Source of the DNA: Octopus vulgaris
Taxonomy: Eukaryota
Assembly (NCBI GenBank): GCA_951406725.2
Contig: OX597821.1
Coordinates: 3,472,001-3,536,000 of the forward strand
Direction: 5' to 3'
DNA length: 64,000 bases
The notes under the pieces are model-generated. The model was not told the origin of the DNA and ran no database searches. It worked only from the letters and a program-made list of their open reading frames with translations. The position numbers were made by a program, and so were the translations under genes. Of this stretch, positions 27,546 through 42,136 are shown piece by piece. Positions within the stretch are counted from its first letter, which is position 1; each line of letters begins with the position of its first letter.

Positions 27546-27550
<5 letters not shown>
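27391..27550 (+). mobile_element. SINE family A, 5' half
   Basis: GGCGCAAGAGGGGCTGTGTAGTAAGTAGCTTGC...GAAACTGAAAGAA. Confidence 0.88.
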
Positions 27551-27608
<58 letters not shown>

Positions 27609-28429
27609 GTGCGTGTCTGTGTATGTATGTATGAATGTATATTCAAATAATTATAATTACATTAGAACAAGTATCTACCAAAGGGAAATATGTTTCATGT
27701 TTGAAGGATATTTTTTTCTCGGGGACAGGGTACGTAAGTGACGTATTTTGATATTGTACCTTTTCATAATGCCTATTTTCAGAAACTACTGAATTGTTCT
27801 AATTGTATGTATCACTTGCCTGTATCACCAATGTGGTTTTACGGCAGAAATTCGAAGCGCACATCTTACGTCATGCATTACATATGGTAGGTTTTTACAT
27901 ATTCTAGGTTTTATTGTAGGTTTTTAATGTTATAGGTGCTAGTGCGACAAACCAATTCATGCTTTACTGCCGAGAAACATGGTTATTGATTTATTAGGTG
28001 ATAGCAACTTGGAGTTTGCACCATGTATATTAACCCACAATTTTTTAACGTGCCCATCTTTCTTTCTACTGGAAATTTAGAAGTAGCCAAACATCGTAAC
28101 GAATAAGTTTGTCTCGTAGCATATCAAATATCAATGGATACGGCAATGTTTTTAAAAATATATTCACGTACTTTTGTGGTGGATAGCTGCAATGTTGTCT
28201 CAGACGGTTAATTTAAAACAGTATATCAGGTAACTCTATGAGAATGACACACTTGGTATTGTTGTGTTAGGGCGTGGATTTTTTGCGTAAACTGGAGGAA
28301 TACAACTGCTTTGATGCTTTGAAGAAGATAATTTGAAATATAAAGTGGCTTGGTATATCTTTAGAAATATAACTGAAATTAGCAATTCAATATGAAATAT
28401 CTATCTTTCTTTCTATCTGTCTATCTATT

Positions 28430-31195
28430 GTTTTGGCGTGATGTCGCATCGGCTGCGCAGATAAACGTTTCTTTTTTCGACCTTTTATTGCAGACATTTG
28501 GTTTCAATGTTTGCGCACAAAGTGTGTAAAGCACCCAGCTTTCGTTTGAGTGTGTTTTCAAGGGAGGAATTGATCCCTAGGGGCAGGTTAAAACCCATTT
28601 CTATTTCCTTCGATTTCCTCGCTATATTTCTAAACAAAGATGGCTAAGTGAAAACATGAGGCCAACGTCCCGCCTATACCAAAGCTAGAATCGAAGGAAG
28701 CTGAAAGCAAAGCTGTTCCGCGTGAAGGCACACAGGCCTTAAAGGCTTCTGCTACTATAATGACTGCTCTCACCAATGCTACCACCACTACCGCCATCAC
28801 CACAACAACCAACACGAATAGAGATAACAATTTTGCCGCGGCTTTGAAGGTATGATCCTTACATACTTTGGTCGCAGGGTCACAAAAATAAAAATTTTTT
28901 AAATGTACCTCCTGAAATTGAAATAGTGGGGGATTGAAATGCTACCCTTGACACGCGTCTAGACTACATGGAAAGAGATAGTAATAGGAGGGAATGCTAA
29001 TGCCTCAAAAAACCTGCTCAGGCGTTTCCAACTCTCTGACAGGTACCGACTGGACCACCCGAATATGCCAATGTGGACATGGAGCAACCGCATCGGGTTG
29101 CCCAGATCGTATGTAGATAGAGTATTCTGTAGGACTATGGATAATGATAGTGTAGGTTGTCCACAATTCCACATATTCAGTTACACAGACCACAAATTTG
29201 TGACTTGTACACTTGACTTAGATAAGACACATAGGCAGGGTCCCAGGTTACTGGAAGCTGAACGCGTCGTTCATGGCACGCCAGGATTAGAAAGACCGTA
29301 TTAGTACATTATTTAAGAGAGCATTGACGGATGACATCATCAACAGCAGATGCTGGTATGCCCTAAAAACTGCAATTAAAGCAGAATTGAGGCCCGAACA
29401 TTAGACCGAAATAGAATAGAGGGAGACATACTTAAGAAATTAGAAGAGTCACTTAGAACGAGCATAGCGTCCAACGTACTAGCGGCGAGGTTGTCCCTCG
29501 ACCAACACTTGGACGCCAAACACGAAGGATACGTTGTCAGAGCTAGGATGCGTGCCCTGAGGAACGAAGGAGTTGGAGCCGCGTGAGAGGTCAGTGACAG
29601 AGGCGCAACGAAGCAACAGAGCCACTATTAGATTCCTAACAGATGAACAGGGAAGCGAAGTACTCGAGCCTGAAAGGATGTGTGAAGCCTTTCAACAACA
29701 ATTTGCCCGACTGTTCGGGACAACTGGTGGGTCAGAATGCAGGGTAGACTTTAGTGTCTACCTGCATGGCCTGCCACGACGTCAGCAAGAGAGGTGAAGT
29801 GTGGGGAAACACCCATCACCGCGGCCTCGGACGTGCGGTATGCGATGGAGACAATTCACCAGGCTTGGAGGGTATTCCCTACGAGGTTTATTGTCATATG
29901 CCAGACTTGTTTGGAGGCGTCTTAGCAGCTGCCTACTGCAAGTGGCAGCAAAACTGGAGTATTCCCGTCTTTGTAAGGCGAGGAGCGGTGGCAATGCTAA
30001 AGAAAGATCCAAACAAGGGGATCGTCATAGATAATTTCAGGCCCATCACGCTGCTCAACGCAGATTTTAAAATTTTGGCCAAGGTCTTAGCAGAGATAGA
30101 GTAGTAGGCCATCACTACTTAGAGGCTGTCCTTATAGCAGCTGCTTTCGGTTGGATCGCTGCCTTATACAGCGGCAACCGCTCGGTAGTTCGCGTAAATG
30201 GTCATCTATGCAGACACTTTAACATCATGCGTTTGGTTCGTCAAGGATGCCTCCTCTCGTCGCTTCTGTATGTATTGACTCTTGAGCCACTACTGCGGAA
30301 GCTGGCGACGCTGAGGGGCATCCCACGAGATCTGGGAAGTGAGAGGGGCGTGTCTGCATACGCACACGACATAACCGTCATAGTGTCAAGCCACAAGGTC
30401 ATCGTCCTGGTCGGCGAGACAGTAAAAGAATACGAAGCAGTAACTGGAACAAAAAATTAACGGGGTAAAGTAAGTGGGTTTGCGGCTGGGAATGTGGAGA
30501 AGCAAGCTCATGCCGTGTAACAGCATCTCCATCGTGGGACGCTAGACAGACGGACCGGTTAAATTGCTTGGAGGCTGGTTCGGTCCGGACTTCCAAATGG
30601 AAAAGAAGTGGGGCGAAATAACGACTAGGTTGGCTACTCTCACCCAGCAATGGGCCGAGAGGAAGCTATATCTAAAAGGTCGGGCGGAGGGGGCGAACGC
30701 GTACATCCCGTCAATCATCGAGCACCGTCTGACTGTCGAGTCTTGTTCCGACCCTATCACCAAACTGGAACGCATACTCTTCCGCTTCTTGTGGAAGAGA
30801 AGCGTTTCAATGGTAAGGCGAACCATTTGCTGTCAATACCTGCTAAATGGAGGGCTAGGCATGCTGTGGTTGATGATGCGCAGACATGCACTGAGGCTGC
30901 AACATCCCCGGCACCCATAAACGACGGTGAACAGGTGTGGTCGCCTTTTGTGCGGCGTGCTTTCCCGCAGCTCGTCTCCTTGGCCGAACTGCAGTCGTGT
31001 ACCAAACAGAGACCGAGGCTAGACGAATGGTACCGCGAGGATTGCGTTGCTCTCAAGCATCTCTGCCGTCCGGAGCCAAAACTTGTGCGACTTCATTACA
31101 TCAAAGGCGTTCTATAGAGGAATAGGGGAGGGGAGGTGCGACGACATTCCCGGGCAGAATCTGGGTGTCGACGAGGACCACCTGGCCCGCCTTTA
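28430..31195 (+). mobile_element. Decayed, internally deleted Tx1/L1-group LINE (ORF1 stub, AP endonuclease, RT)
   Basis: Endonuclease motifs IVGD.NA, WTWSNR..RSYVDRVF, TDHKFV, YWKLNAS. RT motifs NFRPITLLNADFKILAKVLA, VRQGCLLSSLLYVLTLEPLLRKL, SAYAHD. Later LFRFLWK and GGLGM. Many stops and frameshifts; the 5' boundary is uncertain. Confidence 0.88.
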
Positions 31196-31673
31196 AAATG
31201 CAAAACGTAATATAGTTCATGAACAATACTTTTAGAAACTTCCAACTCTTCTGCAATTTCTCTAGTCATGATATTTGAATTTTCGTCAATTTTAACCTTC
31301 AAAATATCTTCCTCCAATTTTGAAGGTTTTCCAATGCGACTATAATCTTCCAGGCTAAATTCTTCAGCTTTAAATTTTGGAAAATACCTTCGAACACTTG
31401 ATTCACTTACAGCATCATCACCATAAATTTCACAAATAATTTTGCAAGACTTTGCAATATTTCCTCCTTCATTTAAAAAGAAACGTGTCACAATGCGAAT
31501 ACGAAATTTCTGGTTATCCATTTCAAAAGTCAGTAAAGGGTAACCGGAACGAAACAAGTCTATGCACTATCACATCAAGCGACGCCAAAGTTTTAACTGT
31601 TTTATGCTTTTGGTGTGTTCATTGAAGCGTTAAAATATTTAGCTTAAAGACGCTCAGAACTTTCCGGACAACT

Positions 31674-31678
<5 letters not shown>
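31196..31678 (-). mobile_element. Mariner 5' fragment: TIR plus N-terminal HTH of the transposase (ATG at 31521)
   Basis: TIR-like TAAAGTTGTCCGGAAAGTTCTG next to (TA)n. MDNQKFRIR..ICEIYGDDAVSESSVRRYFPKFK..FSLED..R.GKPS..TREIAEELEVSKSIV is a Mos1-type HTH region, truncated before the DDD domain. Confidence 0.9.
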
Positions 31679-31721
<43 letters not shown>

Positions 31722-31754
31722 ACATGCATGTATGTATGTATATATGTATATACA

Positions 31755-31895
31755 CGCCACAATCTTCTTTCAGCTTCTCTCTCCTAAATCCACTCACAAG
31801 CCTTTGGTCGGCTCGAGGCCATAGAAAGGGAGATATTTGTCCAAGGTACCACGCATTCGGACTGAATCCGTAATCATGTGGTTGGGAAGCAAGAT
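31755..31895 (-). mobile_element. SINE family A, 5' half, degenerate
   Basis: AAATCCACTCACAAGCCTTTGGTCGGCTCGAGG. Confidence 0.75.
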
Positions 31896-32212
31896 TGTTG
31901 GTATAAATTTCTGCCGAAGAGAAAGAGAGGGAGAGGGGGGACAGAAAGTCAGTGAAGGAGAATGAAACAAAGAAAGGAAGAAAGAAGGAATGGAAGGAAG
32001 GAAGAAAGGAAAGAAGGAAATGCAGTTTGTCTTCAGTTATGGCTGCTATATTATGGGCAACGAGAGGCTCAAATGGTAAAGGAGACTTCGGTGAGATTTC
32101 AATTCTGACCAGTGATTCACAACAATTACTCAAAGCAATTTGTCTGAAGCTGTAATGAGTCTCCCAAATCGGTTTTTTGCTGTGTACAGATACGTACATG
32201 CATACACACGCG

Positions 32213-32291
<79 letters not shown>

Positions 32292-32859
32292 ACACACACA
32301 CAACACACACATACATGAATATGCATGCCTACATAATCACGTAGACATGTATACATACATAAAAACATACAACATACGTAGACACATCCACATATATGTA
32401 TAAGTGTGTATGAAGGTGCGTATGTATGCTTACATATTATTTGCAATCTTAATCTACACCCACTGCAAGACCATTTGTCTTCTCGAGGCTGTACATTCAC
32501 TGCGGATGCGTATAATTCCCTCATCAATTATGGGATAAACCGATCAAATTCCATTCCTTAGAACAAATCTAAGATGCAACAACAATCCTATTAAATTATC
32601 TTAATTTGTCCTCGTTCCTTTCCGTTAACGAAATTATAATACAGTCGTACTTCCACCATTTTGATACGGGTTCCGGATTTTTCCATTTTATACATTCAGA
32701 TTACTGTGATCGCTTTATAATTATTTGCTGGTCTTTTATTATTGAAATAATCGGATAAAACCTTTTACATACTTACAAACATACAACTTGTTACTATTCT
32801 TTGAAAATATAGGACAATATCTAATATTTTTCAACATCAATGCTCTATTAATATGGTTA

Positions 32860-33050
32860 CAAATTTTTACACAACGGCAATAATTTAGAGGGAGGGCGTA
32901 AGTCGACTGCTGGTACTTATTTTATCGATCCGAAAGGATGATAGGTAAAGCTGACCCCGGCGACATTTGCACTCAGAACGTAAATCGAAATATTTGCAGC
33001 TAAGCAATTTGCATGGCGGGCTAATGATTCTGCCAGTTTGCTAACTTTCT
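32860..33050 (-). mobile_element. Degenerate SINE family B
   Basis: CTGGTACTTATTTTATCGATCCGAAAGGATGA. Confidence 0.72.
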
Positions 33051-33494
33051 GATCTATTAATATTAATTTATTATTATAGTTTTAACTCATTAAACACTGT
33101 CCATGCCGGAGCCGTTACCTTCGTGTGGATAGTCGAATGTATTGTCCATACATACCTTAAATTTCACTTATTTTATGGAGCCCCCAAAAATTAAAATGTA
33201 AAAATCATCTTGAGCACGAATTTTCACACATAGCGCAAACAAAAATTTACTACATATGAGACACATTATTCATTGTACGATCTTTTATTGACTTTTCTAT
33301 CAATCAGTCCGAAATAATGCCGAAATAATGCCGAAGAATGTGTAATACAAAATGGTGAATGACATTTGTATTAGACAAGTCTAAAGCATTTATTTGATGT
33401 GGATAGGCATAGCATAAAAAATTTGTTTGTGATAATATTTCCCTGGTTCAGTACCAATACACAACAGTTTGGCAAACTATTCTTTTAATCTTCT

Positions 33495-33880
33495 ATTTGT
33501 TTCAGTCATTTGACTGTGGCCATGCTGGAGCACCGCCTGTAGTCGAGTAAATCGACCCCAGGACTTATTCTTTGTAAGCCTAGTATTTATTCTATCGGTT
33601 CCTTTTGTCGAACCGCTAAGTTACTGGGACGTAAACACACCAGCATCGGTTGTCAAGCGATGTTGGTGTAACGAACACAGACACACAAGCATATACACCC
33701 ACATACAATTTCTGTCTACCAAATCCACTTTTAGTTTCCGTCTACCAAATCCACTCACAAGGCTTTGGTAGGTCCGAAGCTTTAGTAGCAGACACTTGCC
33801 TAAGGTGACACGTAGTAAGTCTGGACCCAGGGCCATGTGGTTCATAAGCAGGCTACTTACCACACAGCCACTCCTACGCC
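33495..33880 (-). mobile_element. SINE family A
   Basis: Full-length reverse-complement match. Confidence 0.92.
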
Positions 33881-36027
33881 TTACTCTTTACTATAAATAT
33901 GAGGGTAAAACTGCATAAGGCTGTCAAATACAATATTGCACATCTTTAAAAACAAATGTGGCAGACATAGTCGATGCAATATTGGATGAATTCAAAACAA
34001 TTCTGTATTTTGGAAGATTTGCGACTAACGTTCCAGTTTGAGAGTATAGGCAAATTTACTTCAGGCACAGTAAACATGCCACATGTACTGTTTTTCCTAC
34101 ATAGGTTCATCCTTTAATACAATCGCTGGACAGTGAACCCAGTCAATTATTTGTGACTCTTGCTATACGAATGGCAGTAGGCGTACTCAAAAAGTCATAT
34201 GACAAAGATGTCCCATTAGTGAGGATTTTAATATATTTTATAATTGTGTTCTCTCGTAATTCTCTACCACCTATATGCAGTTGGCCGAGAAGAAATAGCA
34301 GACAAATTGTCCTCTAACCACACGTTTACTCTAACCACACATTTAATAATATAATCCTGCCGACAAAGCGAAGAAAAAAGGGCAGTTATTCCGGTTATTT
34401 ATTTTTTTCCTTTTAGAACACAGCTCTCATAGGTCTTATCACTGATGAAGCAGCATCAACCGCACGGAAAGAAAATCAACAGCAACAACGAGTTTCCTTT
34501 GCGTGAAATTGGTTTCAAACATTATGTTCCTTTATAGTGCTAAATACCAGCGAGAAGTAAATGATTGTCACCACTTCACATGCTATTCTCTTTTTATCTG
34601 TCTCCAGCAGTAATGGTTTTTATGTGACAAGCCTCACAAAGTAACAATAATCATTTAAGACTGGCAATCATTTATTTTTATTTGTTAGGATACAAACAGC
34701 AAACATGTGCATAAAATTAATTTAAATGTTCATAGTTAAATACATATATTTAGCAGCTTCCCAAATATAGAACTAAATGTGACTCTGAAATGTAAATATA
34801 TTCATTAATAGCTTTGGTTTTCGTCGGAATGCTCTTAAAATATTTTCTTCTTCAAAGGAAACGCCGCATCACTAACTAGCTACACCTATAATTGCGTCCA
34901 ATAACCATTTCTCTACCAATTCATGTAATGGAATTGTACGCGGAGAGATGATAGTTCAATATAATTCAATTTCTGATGAAACGAAAGCTGGTGACTATGT
35001 CGCATAATCGCATTATAAAACGCACAGTATAGGAGACCTGTAAGGAGATACTTTACAGCGGGGCCTTTAGCGGCAACTAATAATGTTCAAAAGAGGTGTA
35101 AAAATGGAGGAGAAATGATGTGTATCTAGCTATTCATTCTCAATGCTGCATCTCCATTTGCCAGGAATTTCATTACACATACGTTAATGCTTGCAACATT
35201 TAAAGAATTGCTTTCATCTGGTAGGCGAAAAGCCGTATTAACATAGAAAGCGGCGTAAGTAATAATAATGAATAAAATATTTCACTCTCCACTTTGCTCC
35301 ACTAATTATCACCAGAATCTCTGTTATCGACAGGATTGCCTCATTTACTTCTCACTAAGTTTCCTTTCGTATATAAATCATTATTATTCACTATTTACAC
35401 ATTTCTTATCAACTTTTGTTCATTTTTTACAAATAACTTTCCACCCCAGCTCTCTCACACGCTATCTACTTCTCCCTCTGTCTGTCTGTCTATTTCTCTC
35501 TCTCGCTCACTCTCTCATACGTTCTATAATTCATGTCCCTTACTCTCTCTCTCTCTATCTCTCCTTCTCTCTATAGACATGCGAAAACTGTCGCAAAATT
35601 CATGGGTGGCCACAGATGTGCACTTGATATTAAAAGATGTGTGTCCACAAATCTCATGAACTTCAACTACGAGTCGATTCCAGAGCTTCTGTAGTATCAC
35701 ACAACCTGCTAGAAATAGCAACCCTTTCTTTATTCAAATCAAATTTCTTAAATAAATAGAGACCGCATTGAATATGGGTATACATAATGCATAATCCAAC
35801 AAGAACGTCATGGTGATATAAAAAAATTTTCAAACATAGACTAATCGGAGAGACTAAACAAAAGTAAAATCAAGACCAAATTGTACAATAATCTTATGTT
35901 GGAACCACAGAAAGGGAACCATCAGTCTTCTAGGCCCAAAAGAATTCGTCGATAATCAACCTTGAAATATCAATGTCTGTCTTATTAATCGGCAGATTTT
36001 TAAAGCAATATTATAAATATTCATACA

Positions 36028-36108
<81 letters not shown>

Positions 36109-36125
36109 AAAGATAGATAGATAGG

Positions 36126-36162
<37 letters not shown>

Positions 36163-36742
36163 GTTTATATGTATGTATGTACACACACACACACGCGCAC
36201 ATATATATGTATATGCAATATAATATATGTAACTACTGCTAAGTTTAATAATAATAAATTACCCGTCAAGTACCATTCCCTTAAAATCATTATTATATAG
36301 AGAAATTACAGAGAGCTCATCTTTTTCACTGATCCTTTTGAACTGCTACACCAGTTCTATTTTGAAGCATCACCTCGATGGATTACGAATAGGTTTTATA
36401 AGTCACTGTTGAGTTTGACTATACTCTTTCAGAACGCCAAACTGGGCGACAGAACATTTTTTTTTTTATGCTTATGGTTCGCTGCTTGGAAGTAATGTTA
36501 TTATTCTCACCTTAAATAAAAATCTTTGTGATCGCTCTCTTTTACATCTTCCGAGGATTTAGTCAGCGAAAATCTTGTTTGTGAAAGCCACCTCGTAGGT
36601 TTAAAGGGTTAAGCTAGGTTTTTTTATCACATTCCTTTGTTTAATCATCTGGCTGGACTAACTGTTGGAAGTTGTAAGCACTTTGGTTGATGTGTAACAC
36701 CACTGTTATAAACAGAGGTGTATTTGTGTATTTGTGTGAATA

Positions 36743-37172
36743 TTCCTTTCACGATAGGCACAAGGCCTGTAAATTTGGGGAAGCCGCAAGTCGATTGCAT
36801 CCATTCAGTATTCGTCTGGTATATATTTTATCTACTCTCAAAGGATGAAAGTTTAAGTTGACCTCAGTGGAATTTGGAATCAGAACTTAAGAGGTAAGAA
36901 AATGGTGTTCAGCTTTTTGTCCGACGTGTCGACGATTCAGCTATCTCGTTGCCTTGTATATGTACATAATGTAGAATTAATAGAAAGCGGCGAGATGTCA
37001 GAAACGTTAGCACTCCGGGCGAAATGTCTTTACGTTGTGAGTTCAAATTCCGCCGAGGTCGACTTTGCTTTTCATCATTTCGGGGTTGATAAATTAAGTA
37101 CTAGTTGCATACTGGCGTCGATCTAATCTCCAAAAATTTCGGACCTTATGTCTAGAGTAGAACAGAATATAG
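36743..37172. mobile_element. Head-to-head pair of SINE family B (minus 36743-36955; plus 36985-37172)
   Basis: The core is read in opposite orientations, with the heads about 30 bp apart. Confidence 0.8.
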
Positions 37173-39229
37173 AATGAATAGACACATGACGAGAGGTATA
37201 CAACAGGCACATGCACACCGACATCTGCGTGTGTATGTATACAACTCATAAACGTACATATAAATGAAACAAGGAAGGAGAAATTGGTAAGAAATATGTG
37301 TAAAGCAAACCAGTTAGAGTGGCATACTTATGCAGTAATATAATAAATACCTGAACATTTACGTAATCATTTTACTATTCCACATCTCCACCTGGAAACT
37401 AAAAACAGAAATTAGTGTTGCACATTTTACACCAATTTTAGTTCACCTGAACACATTTCGAAATATCTGTTCACGAAATGGCATTTAATTTTACTACAAA
37501 TCTTAAATTGCTGTAGTTAAATGTAATTGTTGTGTCAGTATTAATTAAGGAAAAAAGTTATGGAAATACTATCAGAATAAGATTAGAATATGTTATATAC
37601 TTCAATTATCCGAAAATTAATGTTTTTCTAAAAGTTGAATTACTGGATAATTTAGATATATTTATATCATCAAATATTTTTTCTTTTCCTTTGTATTTCC
37701 TCATTTGCTTCCCTTATATCCTGTTATTTGTTTTTCGTTTGTCGATATTTCTTTTTTTTTTGTTTATTTAATACCTGGCTTTTTGAAAGAAGTGAGTAAT
37801 TGACAACTATGCATTTCAAGTGAATGCGTTTGTCCAAATTTGTTTAGAATCACAGGCAACCTTCTGGTGAAGATTTCCTGATGGTATAGATACAAACGAA
37901 ACCAACCAGGCGGCGCCAACTTTTTTCGGAAGTTCACTTCTAGTGAGATGCGTTAATTTTGGTACAAAACTCATGAATTATTCTTTCAAACTAACCTCAG
38001 AGTACACGGCCAGCTTGAATAAAAAGCAAAATGTCGCTCATATCGCAGCATATCTTTGAAAAATGAGGTATGCAACGATGTGGTTTTTGTCTGTCTATGT
38101 TTGAAAAGTAGTAAGTAATCTAGTTTAAAAATAAACTCGATTAGTTATCTGCTCTAGCTGGAAGTTTAATAGAAGTAACAATTCACCAATTAAAACAAAC
38201 TTTCTTATGTTCTTACAAGATGTTAAATGACGCACAATTAAGATTATTATTAAGAGTTTACTGTAGTAACCTGTTCTTAGATAAAGCGCAAATCATACTA
38301 TATTCTATGCCAAAACCTATTTCGAAGCTATTTTCAGTTCAAATAATTTAATTTGTATATGAATTGAAAATTATTTAAGACGTATATAGAAACGTGTATT
38401 ATCTGTTTTCTGAACTTTCAAAATTGTCTTAACATATACAGAATTCGTATCCGAAAATGTATATAAAAGCAGGTATTTTACGCAAAGCATTAATTTCGGT
38501 CGATGAGCAATAATTCAGATATTCGACGATCTCTAAGTCACATTATTGTCGAGGAGAGATAATATAATTTCTAGGAAAATATTTTTTGAAATACCGGCAT
38601 CGTATAAAACGGAATGTGGTTTTCAACTGTTCAACATTAAAGGCACTAAAATGAAGAACATGCCTACTGAAACATCGAATTTGCGTAATGCAACAGTAAT
38701 AAGTGGAAAATAAAAATTCCCTAAGTGCTGTGCTGCTTAAGCATCACAGAAATAAATAGCAGCTTTAAACGAAATACATTTTAGGTCCTGCATCAAGTAA
38801 GAGAAAACTGCGTTGTAATAATATGCTAGGAAGAAAATATATCGTTTCTCTTAGGCGTAGTTTGTAGTTTATGTTATTTTCAAACTAAATCGAATTCTGT
38901 ATAAGACATTAAGACTCTAACATTTATATCAAGCGAAGACTCGTGTTCACAACCGTCCGCTTACTTCTACGTAAAAAAGAAAACGACAACAATAAAAACA
39001 ACAACAAAACAATCTTTCTGTTAATTGCGTACCAATAAAGGAAAATTGTTGATTATAATAAATAATCTGCCTGTCATTTGAAGTTGATTGTATCTGGAAT
39101 TAGTTGTTGGTTCACCCCTTTACCAGGCAGAAATCATACCCATAAATGAAATATGTAAATCGTAATTTGTGATGTAACACTTTCTTGGAGTCGCTTGTTC
39201 ATAAACGTTCATATACCCTTGTTTATATA

Positions 39230-39563
39230 GGCCATTGCATGGCACCTTGTGCAAGTCTCTTCTACTTTAGCCTCGGTACGACCAAAGCCTTTTGAGTGGA
39301 TTCGGTAGATAGAAACTGAAAGAAACTCGTCGTATATATGTATATATATATGTGTGTATATATTTGTGTGTATGTGTTTGTCCCCCCAATCATCGATTGA
39401 CAACCGATGCTGGTGTGTTTACGTCCCCGTAGCATAGCGGTTCGGCAAAAGATACCGATAGAATATGGTTCCAAAGAATAAGTCTTGGGGTCGATTTGCT
39501 CGACTAAATGCGGACTTCCTGCATGGCCGCAGTTAAATGATTGAAACAAGTAAAAGAGTAAAG
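39230..39563 (+). mobile_element. SINE family A (5'-clipped)
   Basis: CORE-like block through tail GAAACAAGTAAAAGAGTAAA. Confidence 0.88.
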
Positions 39564-39826
39564 GGTATACGAGGCATAATTCGTTAAATTTTGTGCACAT
39601 TCTGTAATCGGACATTCCCTAGCAAGCCACTTGTGTGAATTTATCCGATATCAAATCGGTTACCAACTTTTTCCTGCCGTATGAAGACATTGCGTATATA
39701 AAACATATATACAAAATTACACAGACACATACACGTATATACAAACACACATAAACACACACTATCATATATGCATATATTCTCATCTAAAATGGAGAGG
39801 AATACCTATGTGTGTGTGTGTGTGTG

Positions 39827-39884
<58 letters not shown>

Positions 39885-39885
<1 letters not shown>

Positions 39886-40292
39886 CTTACTTGGAAATCG
39901 ATACGTGGCGTTCAATCAAATAACAATATAAGTTATATATATATATATATAGCTACTTGGAAGTGGATGCGTGGCGTTCATTCAGATAATAATATAAATT
40001 ATATATATATATATATATATTATGCATATATATATATATATATATATATTATGCATATATAGGTGCAGGACGTCACCACCAGTAAACAACATGAAATGCA
40101 AAAACAAAAGTGTTCAATACGCAAACGACGAGAGAACCAAATGGAAAGAAGAACAACAATGCTCGAAATGAGGAGTAGATAGACAGCCGGCAACTGATGT
40201 AGGGTCGTTCTTTACGTTACTTTCTTGTTTTCCATTTGTTTCTCGCGCTGTTTGTGTATTGAACTTTTTGTTTTCGCCCTTCGTGTTGTTTA
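39885..40292. mobile_element. Family G-related fold-back element
   Basis: ACTTGGAA.T.GAT.CGTGGCGTTCA twice, then GGTGCAGGAC. Imperfect IR 40083-40150 versus 40222-40292. Confidence 0.65.
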
Positions 40293-40337
40293 TCTATCTA
40301 TCTATCTATCTATCGATCTATATATCTATCTATCTAC

Positions 40338-40379
<42 letters not shown>

Positions 40380-41859
40380 TATATTTGTATATATGCATAC
40401 TTATATATATATTATGTATGTATTTATAAAAGTGGGTAAATAACAAAATAATATAGTACTCTAAACATTTAGCTGCTAAGTTGTATTACTAAAATATAAG
40501 ATCATGTAGACCCCCCCCACATTACTAATATAAATAGGAAACTATTCAAACTATTAAAAAATATACGATATAAAAACTAGCCGACATTGAAACATGAAGA
40601 CCCATCAAACCATTCTTAAAAATAAAATGTACACTGCTCTAGGAATATATTTCCATCGATAATAAAACTCAGTGTGTTCTCCTAAAAGTGCTTTCTCATG
40701 ATCAAATTATATTTGTGTGTGCGTGTGTATGTGTGAAGTAGGTCTGAGCGGGTGTATATAACAGTCTGTGTAATCGAATAAGATTCTTCATGTTTAAGTG
40801 GACATATGTATTATTAAAAAAAAGACGTGTCTCTGCTTATGAGTTTGTTCCTGCTTACGAGTTTGTATTCTTGTTCGTGTACATAATTGTATCGCCGCTT
40901 GTTTGCATGAATCAATGCGTAAAAGAATTTCAAATTCGATGTTAGTGGCACGAAAAGAAATTGGTGTTTTAGTTTTGTATTTTTTTATAATAAATATCGA
41001 CATAAATATTGCTATTTAATAAAGATTTAATCTATTTCCCAAGACATTAGATAATTAATTCTATACACTATCTCTGATAATTAATACACATTTCATTAAA
41101 TATGATAACAGAATACTCTCTTCTGAATATCCATTTTTCAAAATTACACACACACATACACACATATACATCTTCCACTTAGGTATTTTTCTCTATTTTA
41201 TCAAACAATGGTAGAGCAGTGCGCACGACCTCTTGGCAGTATTCCAATTATTAGTGAAGTATTAGAGAGAATGTATTGACATAATCTGGCCAGAGACATG
41301 TGCAGAATGTATCTCAAATAAGCGAATTTGCCACCCAATTAAAAGTACACAAGACAATGACTGGACATTAAATGTACAGGCTCCAATGAGTTATAGACCA
41401 ACTGACTGTCTTCTGGATAACTCATATTTATTTACCGCCAGTCGGTTCAAGATCTGTGTGTATGAGAAAAGACATGTACCCGAAATCGCACGAACTCTAG
41501 TCTCGAAGCCAAGTCCATGCTATTGCGAAATAAATTTGTGAGTCATCCATCCATAATATACATCCATTTTAATTCAGATTTCATTACAAAATATACCTTC
41601 CAGTTTTATTTTGCTAAAATCCTTTCAAATTATATACATAAAATGTTGATTATCGACTTTATTGGATAAGATCAAAATATACTGATGTTTAGTGTAGCAT
41701 ACAAATTGAAAATAATGTAAAAAAACCATATGTGCAAAATGAATCAATCTAAATATTTAACGCGGTGTGGGTTTTAGAAATTCACAAATGGTTGAAATTT
41801 CTAGTATTGAATCATGGCAAATAGGTAAATTTAATTATGGTATACTTATTTCCCATAAG

Positions 41860-41975
41860 GTTAAAAATTCAAGCACCGTAAGGTATCATTTCGTCCATTC
41901 TTACAATTTGAGTTCGAATACCACCTAGGCCGACTTTGCCTTTCAGCCTTTCGGGGCCAATAATTTAAACAACTG
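41860..41975 (+). mobile_element. Degenerate SINE family B fragment
   Basis: GAGTTCGAATACCACCTAGGCCGACTTTGCCTTTCAGCCTTTCGGGG. Confidence 0.75.
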
Positions 41976-42136
41976 CAAATTGGGAACTAAGATCCCCGTT
42001 GACAGGCCGTTGGTACTTATAGTGTTAAACACTTTCCATATGCAAATTAGGGACACCTTCATAGAGTAACTCCTGCATTTGTTGAGTATATAAACAGTTT
42101 GCTTGTTTCTCTGGAGACTGTCAGAATAATGTAGAC

